In this document: in pieces, positions 25,666 to 40,174 of the stretch
Numbering within the stretch: position 1 is the first letter of the stretch
Layout: each line of letters begins with the position of its first letter
From: Eledone cirrhosa
Lineage: Eukaryota
Direction of reading: 5' to 3'
Length of the DNA: 64,000 bases
Assembly: GCA_964016885.1 (NCBI GenBank)
Contig: OZ024742.1
Span: forward strand, 267,778,001 to 267,842,000
Program-made: the position numbers and the translations under genes
The notes under the pieces: model-generated
The model's database searches: none
Told to the model about the DNA's origin: nothing
The model's input: the letters and a program-made list of their open reading frames with translations, nothing else

Positions 25666-27677
25666 CGTACATTATTACGGTGTTGGTTTAATCTAGCACA
25701 AAATGTATTGTGATTAACATTTGTAGGTTGAATTTCACATCCTGTTGTGTCTGACTATATCATTCATCCTTTTGGATTCGAGAAAATAACTACTCCTCAT
25801 GTCGTAGGTTTGATTTCAATCAATTGCATCTCTACTTCGAAACTTGCAGTATGGAATGTTAGGAATGATTAATATTATATATTATATGAATATTTTGCAT
25901 GCACCACGGTTTTGCAATTATAAATCCGTTTAATATGTATTTGAAATATTCAAATCCTGAATTAAATGCCTTTACTCAGAGACCCTTGCTGTCTAGAACA
26001 TGACTCTAGAGATCCTCATTGTAACAATTTTGAATATACTGTATCATACTCTATATACGAACCACGAATAATACGTTAAAACATATTCAAACCATCTATT
26101 ATTTAAGTGATGTAAGAAAAAAACGTTTATTATTTCTCAGGTAGAAATGATACAGCACCACTCACATCTATAGCAAATATTGTCACACTAGAGTTCTAGC
26201 CCAAATAATAGCAACGCATCGAAATATGATAACAGGAACAAAGGGTTGGACGAGGGTATTAATCCGGGAGACAGTTTACGTCTACTTTTCAAGAATATTA
26301 TTCACACATTCGATGGACTTCCTGACAATTTCCATCTAACGACTTTAATTCACAAGGTTTGAATCGAATTGAGTCCATTTTAGGAGACACTTTCAGAATT
26401 AGGTTTGAGCACAGAACTGAATTGAATGTTTAACCGCATAGATACGTCTGTACGCGAAACTTTATAAGGGAATGTAAATTATCTATTAAATCGACTGCAA
26501 CATTCTACATGATCCATATTATGTATCCCAGAAGATGAAAGATAAATTAATCCATGTTGGACACTAAATCAAACTTTAAAGATACATTACAATTTGGCCT
26601 TCTACCATTTCAGATCATTCGTCTAATTTATATCGTATTTAAATTTTAATGAATTAACATAACTACATATCCATTTACACTCTCCGTATATCTTTTATGA
26701 TACTATTACTGACAATACTCATTTATTTCGTTTCAAGGAAGCTTAAATATTGATTAAAAACTGATGGAAATTCTTTTTCTTCAAGATAAAATATTCAACT
26801 AATGGTTTCCATAATTATTTTTAAAATATGGATGAACAAATTAAAATTACGTAAACAGTTTGACGCAGTTTAATCAATTTTGTTTGAATTCAGTGTATCT
26901 AAGGCAATACATATTTTGTTCTTATTTACTCATTTACTATTTTACCACTTCTAGCCGACTCGCTTATACTATGCTTTGGTGCCGCCATTTATTTGTGGAG
27001 GATTGCACAGGTTTTTTCAATAACAGCACTTCCGCACGTGAAGTGCTCATTTTGCCAACTTTTATAACAAACAATAAAATGATGAAATGCATCTTGTGGG
27101 GTCGCACTCAACAACCAACGTAAACACAGATAAACACTACAAATAATTCTGTCTACCATGTTCAAAAAATCACTGATTTATAAGCAAAGCAAAAAGAGAC
27201 GAGGACTTACAAAAAAGAAAGAAAAACGATAAAATTGCCTTTACTACCTTCTTCGTATGAGTAGAGAAAATTGTAGTATGTCCCTGAACACCGAATGTAA
27301 TTTACTTAGGATATTTTGGTGATACCTAACCCAAAACCCAAACGAACAAAGTAAATGTTTTCGGGGTAAAATTATCAAACAAAGGTCATCAAATCTTTAC
27401 AATTGGGAGAAGGCGAAGAAATATTCTGAAAACATATATAAATGAATTACGCATACACGGGAAAATTAGCGTTTAGGAGTGTGTTAGTGAGTGTTCGTGT
27501 CTACATGGGTGAGTGGATGTATAAGTGAAGGCTTGTACATTTATTTTCAGAATAGTTCAAATATTATATTTCCAAACGCATTTTAATGCATAGATATACA
27601 TACAAACATTCCAGCACACAGATACACACACACACACACACGCGCACACACACGTACAAAACAAACACACACACACT

Positions 27678-27710
<33 letters not shown>

Positions 27711-28915
27711 GTGCGTGTGCGTGAATGTGTGTGTGTATGCGTGTATGTATATGTTTATATGGTTCATAACGCTTAGCCGATATTACGGAAATAGGGGGTT
27801 CGATTCCGCTTTAGCGGCCAATGGCAACTCATTTTTCCATCGTTAAATGTCTTCACACTATATTATAAACTATATTATAGCATCTCTGCGCATGAGCATA
27901 ATATTATTTACATTCGCTACATCCCTTCGGCGCAGGGAGACTTCATTAAATTTGAGATGAATACTATCTCCGAGAGTAATGCCACAAATACCAGCCTTGT
28001 TGAATAACTGGATATTCTTCTAAATTTTCGAATTCATAGAGATGTCCGACTCAATAATAAATTCATTTTACAAGGACTTGTTACAAGGACTTGTTACAAA
28101 CCGCATGGATGAACACACCATCCAGCAACATTAGTGGAGTACCGAAGAAAAGCGACACCGGGAAACGCAAACAAATTTCTTTTTAGTTGTATCTACAGAA
28201 GGAACCAAAATAATATATCGCATTCTCTTGGAGTTACGAACTCAATCATAATTTATTTAATAAATTTTTACCATTTTATAAAATGGTAAAAAGAAAGTCC
28301 TTCCGTTGGCTACAATATACTGGGTGAAATACATCCAGAGCTAAATCACTTCACAACCCCAAAATTACGACAACAAACGACATTGTTCATTGTAAGTCTC
28401 CCAGATCGGACATGCAATCAACATTACGTGCTACATGCCGCTATGCTACTAGTCTTTGTCGTAGCAAGCTGAACATCAACAAACAACAGACATACATGAA
28501 CAGTCACTTGAAACAACTATACCGGTAATAAATTTGACACCACGTGTATCAATTGATTCTAAGTCGACCCTTATGGAAAACACTGTTAATAATAATACAT
28601 CTACCAAGAGTATAAACAATTGTATACAGAGTATAAACAATTGAAATATACTCTCAACGAAACTTTCCAGAGAGAAATTAATTCGTGTATAAACATTTCT
28701 CTCACGGAACGTAATAAAACAACAGTAACAAACAAGATGATCCAAATAATGAAATCGTGCGTGTTATTGATGAAATTGAAGGTGGATATTTTCGACAAAT
28801 TAAAATCCTAACTTTTTAGCAAATCTGTTTATATACACTGACAACGACAGAGAAACATTATCTTGGTGATAACAGGGATGTTAACAAATACAAGACACAA
28901 CCAAAAACACCATTA

Positions 28916-29239
28916 TCTATATATCTAAAACAGAAAATGTCTGTCTGTCTGTCTGTCTGTCCGATCACTAAATCTCGAGAACCACCCAACCGATTGTTTT
29001 CAAACTTTACACATGTAATACTTATGGTCCTGTGAGTCTTTTGAGCAAAGCTTTTCAATGCTCTACGGACCGCATTAGGCGATTTAGCGATCTCTCTCTT
29101 AGTCTTATTATTTTTAGATAGATACATAGATATAACGTTGCGCCCTTATAATATCTGTCTGTATGCCTGGTGTCTGCATTACGACATTATGACGTAGCTG
29201 TGTGTGTGTGTGTGTCTGCATGTGTGTGTATGTATATAT

Positions 29240-29286
<47 letters not shown>

Positions 29287-29397
29287 TGTAACTTTTTTCT
29301 AAATATTTACTTCTGCTTTCACAGATTGAATTTTTAGTTTCAGAAGATCCCGTCAAGGGTGAAAGCAGCGATTCTTCGCTTAAACTTTAATCTGTTA

Positions 29398-29484
<87 letters not shown>

Positions 29485-29698
29485 AACTGTTTCTACTTTA
29501 GGCACAAGGCCAGCAATTACCCAGTGTATTACTGGTACTTTATTTTATCAACCCCGTAAGGATGAAAGGCAAAGTCAACCTCGGCGATGAATTAGTTTTG
29601 CGAGGTTTTTTATATGAAATCGTGTGTCGAAACAAATATTGTTATACTTGGGGATATTACACAAATATGACCCTCTCCAAGTATAACAATATATATAT

Positions 29699-29778
<80 letters not shown>

Positions 29779-29917
29779 GTTTTTAGATATTTTTGCATAA
29801 ACAATAACAAAATATAAACAAACGTTTTTATATCACAAGGCCCGATAAGGATAAATATATATCAAATATATAAGAACCCTAGAGCAAATCCCGAGCAACG
29901 CTGGGCCATTCTGCTAG
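28916..29917 (+). mobile_element. Non-autonomous Helitron carrying PLE family-A pLTR pieces and a SINE fragment
   Basis: 5' TCTATATATCTAAAAC and 3' cccgagcaacgctggg...CTAG|T. Internal family-A pLTR at 29300-29403 and 29840-29889, and a SINE tail at 29484-29588(-). Confidence 0.8.
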
Positions 29918-29939
29918 TATATTACTAAAATAGAAAAAA

Positions 29940-30492
29940 AGGATTGTTGATCTACAGAAAACTATAGGATGTGTTTTAACATCCTCACCAACAAAGAGGG
30001 AAAAAGAAAATAGAAACGATGTTTGGTTACCACGTAACCAGAAATGTTAATTCTCAAGAATTGAGAAATGTCAGCGAGAATATCTGATACCAGAAGAGGG
30101 TAGCTGAAAGAAAAATAATTAATAAAATGTTCAAACGAAAGCAAAAATCAGTTTACAGAGATATGAAGGACAAAGTAATAAATGTCATTGAAGGTCGCAT
30201 CCCAGAAAGACCTAGATCCCCTTGGAGAAAAATATCTAGTGAAAAGATTCACCCAAGATGTAATGGGACTAAAAGAAATCCAAGAGAAGTACTGCCCCTA
30301 GACAACAATAAAACCCTACAGAATAAATGATGATACACTTGGGACTGCGATAGGAAAACTCCAAAATAAGAAAACACTAGGAAGAGACTTGATTGTATGC
30401 TACTGGTACAAACGAACACTCTATCGGATGTATCTTATCAACCTCTACCAGCAACCTCTCAAGGGTGATGCACATACACCAGGGTGGTTAAC
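29940..30492 (+). pseudogene. R4/Dong-like non-LTR element fragment (N-terminal to RT)
   Basis: KIINKMFKRKQKSVYRDM is homologous to 42916-43113(-). It is followed by a K.P..K..G.D-like remnant. Confidence 0.55.
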
Positions 30493-30494
30493 AT

Positions 30495-31530
30495 TTAGGC
30501 GTTTAGGTGGTTTCTATCGCTACAATCGACACACCGTCGCCTTCTACCTCCTGGATGTTTTTTTTTCTGGTCTGCTTGGATTAGGAGCTCCATTCCAGAT
30601 CCGAACGAATCTTCCTCTTTTATTCTTATGACCTCGATGACTTTTGTGTCATCCTCGATGTCGTTTAGGACGGCAGCCATCAGCCAGGTAATTTCTATGG
30701 CTAACGGAATCTGGGTTACCCTCACTCTCACGTGACTTTTCCGCAGTAACTTTGGCCTAGTGTGAGCTAGTTGCGCTTTAGTGGAGCCATGGTTTTCTCT
30801 CTTGCTTCCTGTGTGGGTGCAAAGAGCACATCCACGATCCCATAACTTTGTTCACGTATGATGTGGGTTTTCTGAGCCCACACATGTTCCAATGACTTTG
30901 GGATCTGGGACTCGGATGCCCGCTTCACTCGGTGTGTTTTTGCGCTAATTGTACGGTATGACACCGTACATAGCCGCCGATGTTCCCTGGTGTTCGATGG
31001 AGGAGAGAGGGTGACCCATAGCCCATTTTTCTTCACCATTCGCCTGGCCTCGTTCCTGACTTACCTCAATCGTTTCGTTCTTCGCTGGTGTTGTTATTCT
31101 TGTTGTTGCTGTTGTTGTTGTTATCGTTGTTCTTCTTATAACTATTTTTGTTTCAGTTGTTGCTTTAGTGGTCGTGATGGTGTCAGTGGAGTTCGAGGTA
31201 CTGCTGAGATTGTGGCTGTGGGGACGGTGGTGTCCATATTGGTGAATGATGTTAATGAAAGTGGAGAATACATTTCGTCAGCACGAGATAATTTGTTTGT
31301 TTCACTTGTCGCTGGGGTGGTGGTGATGGTATCAGTGGTGTTGGATGGGTTCCTCGACATTTTGGCTGTTGAGATGGCGGCTTTCACACCGGTAGACATT
31401 GACAAAAGTGGAAAATCCACATCTGCTTCACCGGATAAAGGCTGGCGATAGCTATTTTTGCTGCTGCTGTTAGTTGAATATGATATTGGTGGGAGTAGTG
31501 TCAATGTCTCAGCCGCTGTCAATTTGGGAG
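30495..31530 (-). pseudogene. Tx1/L1-like ORF1 fragment
   Basis: TVSYRTISAKTHRVKRASESQIPK...GIVDVLFAP and RVRVTQIP align by eye with ORF1 at 59090-59370. Confidence 0.75.
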
Positions 31531-31699
31531 ACGTATTGCGTTCATATTTTTTGATTTAAAAAAAGTATTGTTTTGACAAAATAAAGTTAAAATTTGGCCT
31601 CATGGCCCCAATATTATGGAGTGTCCTTGTCAGACAACAGTTAAAACACAAGTTTCCACAACTATCAATGCAAAACAACGTAGAAGTAAGTAGCCAATA

Positions 31700-31887
31700 A
31701 TAATTGTTTCTACTTTTGGCACACAGCCAGCAATTACACAATACATTACTGGTACTTTATTTTATCGACCCCGTAAGGGTGAAAGGCAAAGTGAACCTCG
31801 GCGAGATTTGAACTCACACCATAAAGGGGCGTAACTCTATGCTGCAAAGCATGGCGTCTGACCTACTGATACTGCCAATCCCCCGCC
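31700..31887 (-). mobile_element. tRNA-derived SINE
   Basis: Same family as 3235-3424. Confidence 0.85.
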
Positions 31888-31919
31888 ATAATAATGATAA
31901 TAATAATAATAATAATAAT

Positions 31920-33090
31920 GGAGAGAGTTAAATTCCAGGGGTCATCCTGTCACCATCTATGTTTATTCTATGCATGATTCCACTGACAATGATTTTAAGA
32001 AAAGCTGAAGCTGGGTATGTATTCCAAGATCACCGTCAAAAAGTCAACTAATTATTCATGGAGGACATCAAGCTTTATGGTAAGAATGGATCCCAGCTTG
32101 GCTCCCTCGCTGAAACGGTTTATACATGTATGTATATGCTAACATCAGAATGGAGTTCGGATTAAAAAGTGTAGTGTATTAAGCTTGAACAGAGGACAAA
32201 TTAAAAGCATTGAGTGTTGGTGCTGCCAGCAGGTAAGGGTATGAAGCAAATAGAAGAGGAAGGCTATAAGTACTTAAGGATATTGGAAGTTGATAAGCTA
32301 ATGCAGGGGAAAATGAAAGAAAAATTAACAGTGGAATAGATGTACACACTGAGACTTATTATCAAGTCGAAACTGAATGGACGGAATATGACGGAAGCTA
32401 TCAATAAATGGGCTGTCACTCCTTAGATATGGGGCGGGGATGATCACGTGGACATTGGACGGGGTAAGCAGTTTAGATCGAAGGACAAACATTTTGTCTA
32501 GATATGGTGCAGTTTACCTAAAGAGCGACACAGAGAGTTTATATGTACCAAGAAGAAGTGGAGGAAGGGAGTGATGGGGCGGGGGAAGACAGCATTATAA
32601 CAGAAGAAAATACATAAGCAATTCCACAGAACCTGTTTTGCTGGAAGTAAGAAGTTCAGGGATATGCAATATAGACAATTGTAAACAGAAAAAAACACTG
32701 TACAAGCATTTGAAGACTTATGAAACTGAAATTAGATAAACTGAAAAAGTAATATTTGGACATTGCTATAGAGATTGTGAATATAGAACAGACTGAGAAA
32801 AAAGGCGGTTATGGATGGCTAAATGTAATCTAAAGCCTGTAACAGAAGCCTTAATATGTGCTATTCCAGAACAACCTCTAAGAACTAATTACATCTACTA
32901 CAGCAGAAAGTGATACGTGGCGAATTTGTGGCATGGATGGAGAATCTGCATGGCATATTACCAGTCAATGCACGCCACTAGCTCATAATATTTTGAGAGA
33001 CGTCCCGACAATATAGCAAGGAACTTTATGGCAAATATGTACTTGACAAAGCAGAAAAGTTGTATGGACATAACCCTGAGGGTGTTATCG
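31920..33090 (+). pseudogene. R4/Dong-like RT plus CCHC (RLE-type) non-LTR remnant
   Basis: FQG..LSPSMFILCMIPL, LFMEDIKLYGKN, YKYLRILE, RLYVPRRSGGRG-like and RICG...ESAWHITSQCTPLA...RRPDNIAR. It is preceded by (TAA)n. Confidence 0.8.
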
Positions 33091-33094
33091 AAAT

Positions 33095-34725
33095 ATTTAG
33101 CGCCTTCAAATGTTTCCACCACATTATCTCTTTCACCATGGTCACCAGACAGGACAAAACGCGCCTGCTCTTCCGGACTAAAAGGGGACGGCGGCTACAC
33201 GCGTCAAAAGGTTTTCGACAAAAACCCAAAGGTCAACAATCCTTGGACACTGGAAAAGTGCGTGCAGGACGGTTTCGTCGCGCTGTCGCATCTCGGACAG
33301 GTAGGGCTGATGGTACTTCCATGCCTGTAGAGATTATCCAGAACTGGTAAATCTGCTTGGGAGCACTGCCAGACTAGGGATTACTTGAATTTGTCTTTGG
33401 ACCACGGCTCGAAGGTTCTCCCGAGGAGATTGGCTAGTTGATTTTCATTGACGCGCAGAGTTTCTCCAACAACACCATCACTCTTTCCCTCCAGTAAAGA
33501 CCGATAAATCGCCGAGATAGAGTTTCCACCGATCGCAGGGCCCGATAGAACGAGGGTGCTGAGAATCTGAAGATATTCCAGTCTCCAATCACTCCCTTTC
33601 GGTCTTCGCTTGATCCAGTACTGCAGCTCCACCAAAGAGACAAGCTGGGGAAAAACGTGTCTAGAGCTGGAGATGTGATAGCCTTCACGCATGTTTGTGC
33701 ATCATCAGCAATTTAACCGGTCTGTCCGTCCAGCACCCGACGATGCTGTTGCATGGCATGGACCTGTCTCTCCAGTGGCCACCCCGCAGGCCCACCGACG
33801 TTTCTTGGTTAATCATTGCACTTGTCAACACCTCGTATGTGTTTCGCTCTCGACAACACTACAGTGACGTTGACGGCATACGCTAACATGGTTTCCCCAC
33901 ATCTCCTTTCTCGAGGGATGGCTCTAGAATCAATACTAGAAGGGATGGCTCTAGAATCAATACATACAACTGGGACGAGAGGTGGCAAACTTGGCGGACC
34001 GAGTGCATGATCTTAAATGGTTCCGAAAAGTGATTCATCACTATCACCACAGAGCAAATGTCGATGTGCATGATAGCGACCCACCCTTGTTTCATCAAAG
34101 TTTTTTAAGGGCTCCACCGGTGTCATGTTCCTTACCTATCCTCACCATGATATATCGCATGAGGTATAGGTTGTCGTGGATTAATCTCTTTTGAATAGCG
34201 CATGTCTGAGTCACTCCGAACAGTTTCCCGATGACAAGTTCCAGCCTGCGTTTAGCAAAGATATGGGCCTGAAATTGTCTACGTTATCCCCCTATTCGTG
34301 TAATTTCTCAGCAGCACCACCGCTCCTCGTCTCACAGAGCTGGGAATTTTCACGTTCTGCTTCCAGTTGCAGTAGGCGTCTGCCAACAGGTTGCTAAACA
34401 AGTTTGGCATGTGTATGTCAAGCTCGTAGGGAAGACCATGCAAACCATGTGATTTACATATCGTGCAGCCAGTTATTGCATCCCGTTTTCGGCCTTTCTC
34501 AAAACCCGCTCCGTGGTCAAGAACTATTTGCCGCTGAAACGGAGCACACAATTACTCGGAATCCTATAGCATGCGCCGGTATTGGACCTCCCAAAACTGG
34601 GTCCTGGATTAAAAGCACGCGCCTTAAATCTGACAACGCAGCCTTCGTTCTTTGCGATGAAAAACTGGTCGAGAACCAATCACACCGCAAGGACGTCGGT
34701 CGCGATGCCTTTACTAATAGTTTTG
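33095..34725 (-). pseudogene. Tx1/L1-like ORF2 fragment (RT to 3' zinc knuckle), internally deleted
   Basis: Homologous to 61490-63790 (HSVRQ.CHLS, RHVFPQLVSL, gacgaaaccgtcctgcacgcact). Confidence 0.85.
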
Positions 34726-34751
34726 AACAGTTGCATTATTTTCACCTACCT

Positions 34752-34950
34752 AAGGGCAGTGGATTGGAAGTATTGGTAGAGCGTCGGACAATATGTTACA
34801 GCCCTTTACGTTCTGAGTTCAAATCCCGCTCAGGTTAGCTTTGCGTTTTATCCTTACTGTTAGATAAAATAAAGTACCAGTTACGCACGTGGGACGATTT
34901 AATCGACTTTTCCCATAACCAAGGCCTTGTGCCTAAATCAGAATACATTA
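34752..34950 (+). mobile_element. tRNA-derived SINE
   Basis: ggcagtggattggaagtattggtagagcgtcggac...tctgagttcaaatcccg...aaataaagtaccag. Confidence 0.8.
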
Positions 34951-35242
34951 TCATTACCTCCCTTACACTTGACATAATCTCATGTATGAATTAACGACAA
35001 CCATCTTAGTATTAATGACTGAAAGCTAAGCCGCACTAGCAGATGTAGCGTTCCTATGACCTAAGCCAGAGTAGGCTTTAAAATATTAGGTAGTATGCAA
35101 CTGTGCTGCGAAATTATGTATAATAAAACAAATTGACTCTCTTTTTCCTATAATTATTACAGAGAAACACGTGATTCCCTATATATATATATATATATAT
35201 ACAATATTAAATAAATGGAAACTATATTTATAAAACCATATT

Positions 35243-35308
35243 TATTTCATTATATATATTTCAGGGATATCATATTAACAATATGCTATGCCTTCCTCAG
35301 ACAAAATA
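35243..35308 (-). ncRNA. Type I hammerhead ribozyme (canonical core)
   Basis: Minus strand reads TATTTTGT CTGAGGA AGG..CATATT GTT AATATG..CCT GAA ATATATAT A ATGAAATA. Confidence 0.85.
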
Positions 35309-36703
35309 CAATATAAACAGTTTTATAGATAAATAGATTCGACATACCGTAACAACATCGACTTGCATTTGAAGAGGTTGATTTGGCAGTGAAAAAATTG
35401 TACACAGAGAGAAAGAAAGAGAGAAAAAAGAAAGAAAGACAGAAAACGAAGAAAAGGAAGAAAAAGAAGAAATGCATGGAACAAAATAGAGAGATGGAAA
35501 GATAGATAAAGAGAAGAACTTCATGTAAAGAAACAGAAAGAGATATATATATAGAGAGAGAGAGGAAATAGAGATAGATACATATATATATAGAAAATTA
35601 GGTAGTGGGAGGTCTGTTGAGTAAATGTATCAATGATACATTTATTTATTTATTTATTTATTTAGCTCTAGTATTAATGTAAGGGAGATATATATATAGA
35701 GAAAAAAATATATAGAGAGAAAAAAATATAGCGAGAGAAAAAATTTAAAAATAACCACATATATGCGAGGCGTAAAAACCCTATGTTTTAATGTAGAGGT
35801 ATTAGTATTTATAAAACATCCACTATATTGTAAATATCAGTATTCCTGAATGAGACAAGTATCCATAGTGTGTGAAAATTAATGATCTTATGTTTAGTTT
35901 TTTTAAAAAATTCATATGTTTATGTGATAGCTACAAACATCCATGTGAATCTACATGATCAACTCCGCAAACCCTAAGTTCACGGAAAACATTCTCAATG
36001 TGGTATAAAAATTTGAGTATACATATATGTGTATTATTATTCCTGTCTTTACTCTACAAGATTATCTATCAAGCAGAAATAGAGAGCAGATTTCAATATA
36101 CTAATAAAAATATAAAAATATATATCAGAAACAAAACTAAAAAATAACAATAATAATAATAAGTAATAATAAAATAGAAAATAGAAAACTAAAAAAATAT
36201 TACGAAAGAATATTACATATTAAAAATATTACATATTAAAAAATTTACATATTAAACATATTAAAAATATTAAAAAATAAAAATATTAAAAATAAAAATA
36301 TTAGAAAATACTACAATAATAAAAAATAAAAAATAAAAATAAACCACAAAGATCAACCCTTCAAAATTAATTGACAATATATTGCCAAGTTCATTATAAG
36401 CATCAGAGTCGAAAAACAGACAAAGCCAAAAATTATCTATCAAATCACATCTAGCAAAGATCATTTCAAAAAGTTTAGGATGCCCAATTTGGTCTACATG
36501 TGTTCTTATATTTAATATAGAAGTTTATCTAGTGTAACGTTTATTCGAAATATTTGGAGCATCAGCTTTTAGGGTAGCTTAATTTTTCATGGGGAATGTT
36601 TAAATAAAAATAAAATAAAAATAAAAAATGAAAAAGAATAAAAAGAAGGAATTAAAGATTTATCGGCTAGTTTCCCATATAAATATAAATCAAACTAAAT
36701 ATA

Positions 36704-37924
36704 CTACATTTTAAATTTAAATTTATATTTAAACGTTGAGTTTAATCTATGTTTGCAACAACTGAATAAATTTGTCCGTAGATTAAGGGAATTTTTAGAT
36801 TTTAGTATAAAGAATATCTCCTCCGCGCAGAGGTCACATGTCTCAGAGGATGAATTAAAAGGAATCCCTCTTGAGACTATATTCCAAGCCGTCGAATATC
36901 TAACGTTATCTAGCTTAAGTTGCCAGAGTACGCCTGATAGTGCCGTTGAAGATTTTTTGCTTGGATCTGTGAAAGAATTCTTGTGGTTATTATAGCGAAG
37001 TTTAAATTCCGTCGATGTGGAACCGACGTAGTTAAAAGAATTAGAGTCAGTATTAACATTACAATTGTATACTATATTTTTAACTAAGCAGTTGTTATTT
37101 AACGGACATTTAGATCTATCTCTACAGTTACATTTGTTAACTTGTATATTATTTATGCTATTATCACTAGGTTTTAAGTTCCTATTATTTATTCTATTAA
37201 TATTTTGTGCTAAATTTTTGGTGGATGAGTATGTTAATTTTATTGTATGTCTATTGAAAATTGAGTGATACCTATGTGTTCTAGGGAAGCGATTATCAAG
37301 AGCTTTGAAAAATAGTTTAGCGATGTGGGTTTTAATGTTTAGTGAGAAAGGGGGGGCAAACCAAATTATGTTCCTAGTTCTATTTCTTTTTTGGCCTTTG
37401 GAATTATTGTAATGCTTTCTATTATAGTTGTTAAGATTGTTGCCGTAATTAAAAAAGTTGTTACTTTGTTTAGTTTGTCTTTCATTATCTATGTACACAA
37501 TCTTATCAGCATATCCTGCTCTAGCTAATGCTTCATTATAGTATTGGGCTTTTTCGTCGAAAATCTTTCTATTCGACGAGATCCTAGAGATACGTTTTTG
37601 AACAGAGTTTACTATAGTGTTTTTGACAGATCTGGGGTGGTTAGAGTTAAAGTTGACATAGTTTAAGTTTTCATTCAACTTGTGAAAAGGATAGTGAAGA
37701 CATGTGTTGAGATTTAATGTTATATCTAGGAAATTGACTATTCTATGTTTGTTCTCAATTTCTATTTTAAGATTAAAGTAATTAAAAAATTGTGTAATTT
37801 GTTTACATTTTCTATTTAGTTCAGGGTTATTATTATCAATAAGTAAAAGCATGTCGTCTCTATATAAACCTCCGGTAGTACCGGGTATTTTCCTATGTAG
37901 CGAATTGATTAAAAATAAGCCCAC
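36704..37924 (-). CDS. PLE RT C-terminal half, Cys linker and GIY-YIG endonuclease (uninterrupted 406 aa, 5'-truncated)
   Basis: [42 protein letters not shown]...[16 protein letters not shown] and CDLCAEE. Confidence 0.9.
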   Translation of the reverse strand: MGLFLINSLHRKIPGTTGGLYRDDMLLLIDNNNPELNRKCKQITQFFNYFNLKIEIENKHRIVNFLDITLNLNTCLHYPFHKLNENLNYVNFNSNHPRSVKNTIVNSVQKRISRISSNRKIFDEKAQYYNEALARAGYADKIVYIDNERQTKQSNNFFNYGNNLNNYNRKHYNNSKGQKRNRTRNIIWFAPPFSLNIKTHIAKLFFKALDNRFPRTHRYHSIFNRHTIKLTYSSTKNLAQNINRINNRNLKPSDNSINNIQVNKCNCRDRSKCPLNNNCLVKNIVYNCNVNTDSNSFNYVGSTSTEFKLRYNNHKNSFTDPSKKSSTALSGVLWQLKLDNVRYSTAWNIVSRGIPFNSSSETCDLCAEEIFFILKSKNSLNLRTNLFSCCKHRLNSTFKYKFKFKM

Positions 37925-37947
37925 AAGGTCAGTTACCTGAGCTGAGT

Positions 37948-38065
<118 letters not shown>

Positions 38066-38097
38066 CGCGCGCGTATATATATATATATGAATATATA

Positions 38098-38141
<44 letters not shown>

Positions 38142-38192
38142 AGAATATTTTCGAAACAGCGAGTGGGTTTGAAATTATTAGAAATGTAAGTT

Positions 38193-38387
38193 ATCGCCGT
38201 ATTTTGACTAAAGAAATTAAAGAAGGGGTGATGTGTTGGTGTAAATGGCAGCACAGTGGTCCGGATAACCAAAGATGTGGATTCCACCCCCATGTACGTC
38301 AATACTCATCTTTTTCCATTTCTCCGAGGGTTCTTAACCCCACTATCAGGCTAAATAATTTCTTTAATTTCTTTAGTCAAAATACGG

Positions 38388-38391
<4 letters not shown>
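38193..38391. repeat. 32-bp perfect inverted repeats around a tRNA-like core
   Basis: atcgccgtattttgactaaagaaattaaagaa (38193-38224) and its exact reverse complement (38360-38391), located between (TA)n tracts. Confidence 0.85.
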
Positions 38392-38447
<56 letters not shown>

Positions 38448-38452
38448 CGTTT

Positions 38453-38543
38453 AATTATTATAATTATTTCCACGGTTCTCTATGCAATCGAGAAGTCTTC
38501 CATGCATTTGTTGTTGTTATGAGAACGGTATCCTCAGATGAAA
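38453..38543 (-). ncRNA. Type I hammerhead ribozyme (weak stem I)
   Basis: Minus strand reads CAT CTGAGGA TAC-C-GTTCTC...GAGAAC-C-GTG GAA ATAATTAT A ATAA, next to (TA)n. Confidence 0.65.
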
Positions 38544-39033
38544 TTCAATTTAGTGATATGCTACCGGCAGGAAAAAGCACACGTCCTTCTGCTCGTGTGT
38601 CCAGCAGATATACGAGTCCTTGAAATGGTCTCACAGCCGTCGTGTTTGGTGGAGTAAAGTGCTATCCACGTGTGAATTAGCTAAATCAGGATTCACGCAC
38701 CCACCACAGAGTTGAGGCTGTAAATCAGCAGAGAGGTAACCTCTCAAGTATGCTGTGTTGATCTGTATCAAACGAAAAACTATGCGTAGCCAGAGCGCAT
38801 TAGATAGTGGAAGCAATAAATGGAATTCTGAGGGAGGGATGGGGTATATATTTTGTTGAGACCCACATTCAAAACGGCTACAACAACAACAACAGCAAGA
38901 ACTACGATGACAACAAGAGCAAACACCGACCAACGTTGCCTGCGCTGGCCGCAGCAGTCCTAGTCATAGCGCTACCCCGCTGACAACAACAACGATAACA
39001 ACAGCAACAGTAATCAGTCACAACAGCAACAAC

Positions 39034-39064
<31 letters not shown>

Positions 39065-39940
39065 GCAAACACCGACCAATATCGCCTACATTGGCCGCAG
39101 AAGTCACAGTGACAGTACCACACACCTGACAGCAACAACGATAACAACTACCAGAGCAATAAACGGAACTATGAGGTAGGGCGATACATAGACTTGATGA
39201 CAACTTTTCCCATGACCACAGCAACAACAACAAACGTAACGGCAACAACACTAACACGGCCCATCACCCACACGGTCGTCGCAGTAGTGGTGCTATTAGT
39301 GATATTAGTACCCAGTTAATGGCAGCGAATACCCATTTCCCGAAAGCAAGACAGCGGTAACACCAACAACAATAACAGCACCAGTAATAAACCCACCACC
39401 GCGACGACGGCAACAAAAGGCCTGGTTGAGCGGGTCGCTGAAAACAGATTCTTACATTACTAACATAATAATCAAAATAATCCTCGCTTCCACCCTAAGG
39501 CACCTGGCCAGCAATAATCACAGTGCAGAAAATAACTAACCACAATAGCAGTCAGTTGTAACTACAATGGTGTTAATACTATCAAAAAGGGATGCTAGAC
39601 ATTGGAAGTGAGCAGTGGGAAGCGAAAATAGGGACAGAAAAACATATAGATATAAATTCATGCACACATTTAGAGAACATAAGAACAAACGGAACAAAGA
39701 TTATACATAAATACAACAGTAGGTATAGATACGGAAATATAAAACCCGGGATATAAAACACGGGCCCTCAAAAATTCCAGCCGTGCATACAAGCTATCGA
39801 ATGTTCTCCATCGTAACCCAAAACTATGAATGTTGAGAGCTTTCTCCTGCTTCTCCTGTTTTTACCAAAACAATGTCTTCGGAACACACACACACACACA
39901 CATACACATACACACACACACATACACACACACACACGTG

Positions 39941-39997
<57 letters not shown>

Positions 39998-40174
39998 CCA
40001 AAAGTTAAACAAGGTTCATTGATTAATCAATGAATATAGATGAGAAGCACTCAACAGTTAAAGGTTTTCTGGAGTTATTAATATTATTCAAAATATTAAT
40101 AAATATAGATATTCATGTCTTGGCAGACTGGAATTGAACCATCAGTACAGATGAGGTATGTCATACATCAATTT

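Noticed and set aside
30495-34725. Treating the two minus-strand Tx1-like pieces as a single element
   Set aside because: On the minus strand the ORF2 piece precedes the ORF1 piece, which is the wrong order, so they are separate fragments.
38870-39540. CAA-rich ORFs as a host protein
   Set aside because: Low-complexity sequence resembling the ORF1 leader of the Tx1-like element at 58600, with no coherent frame.
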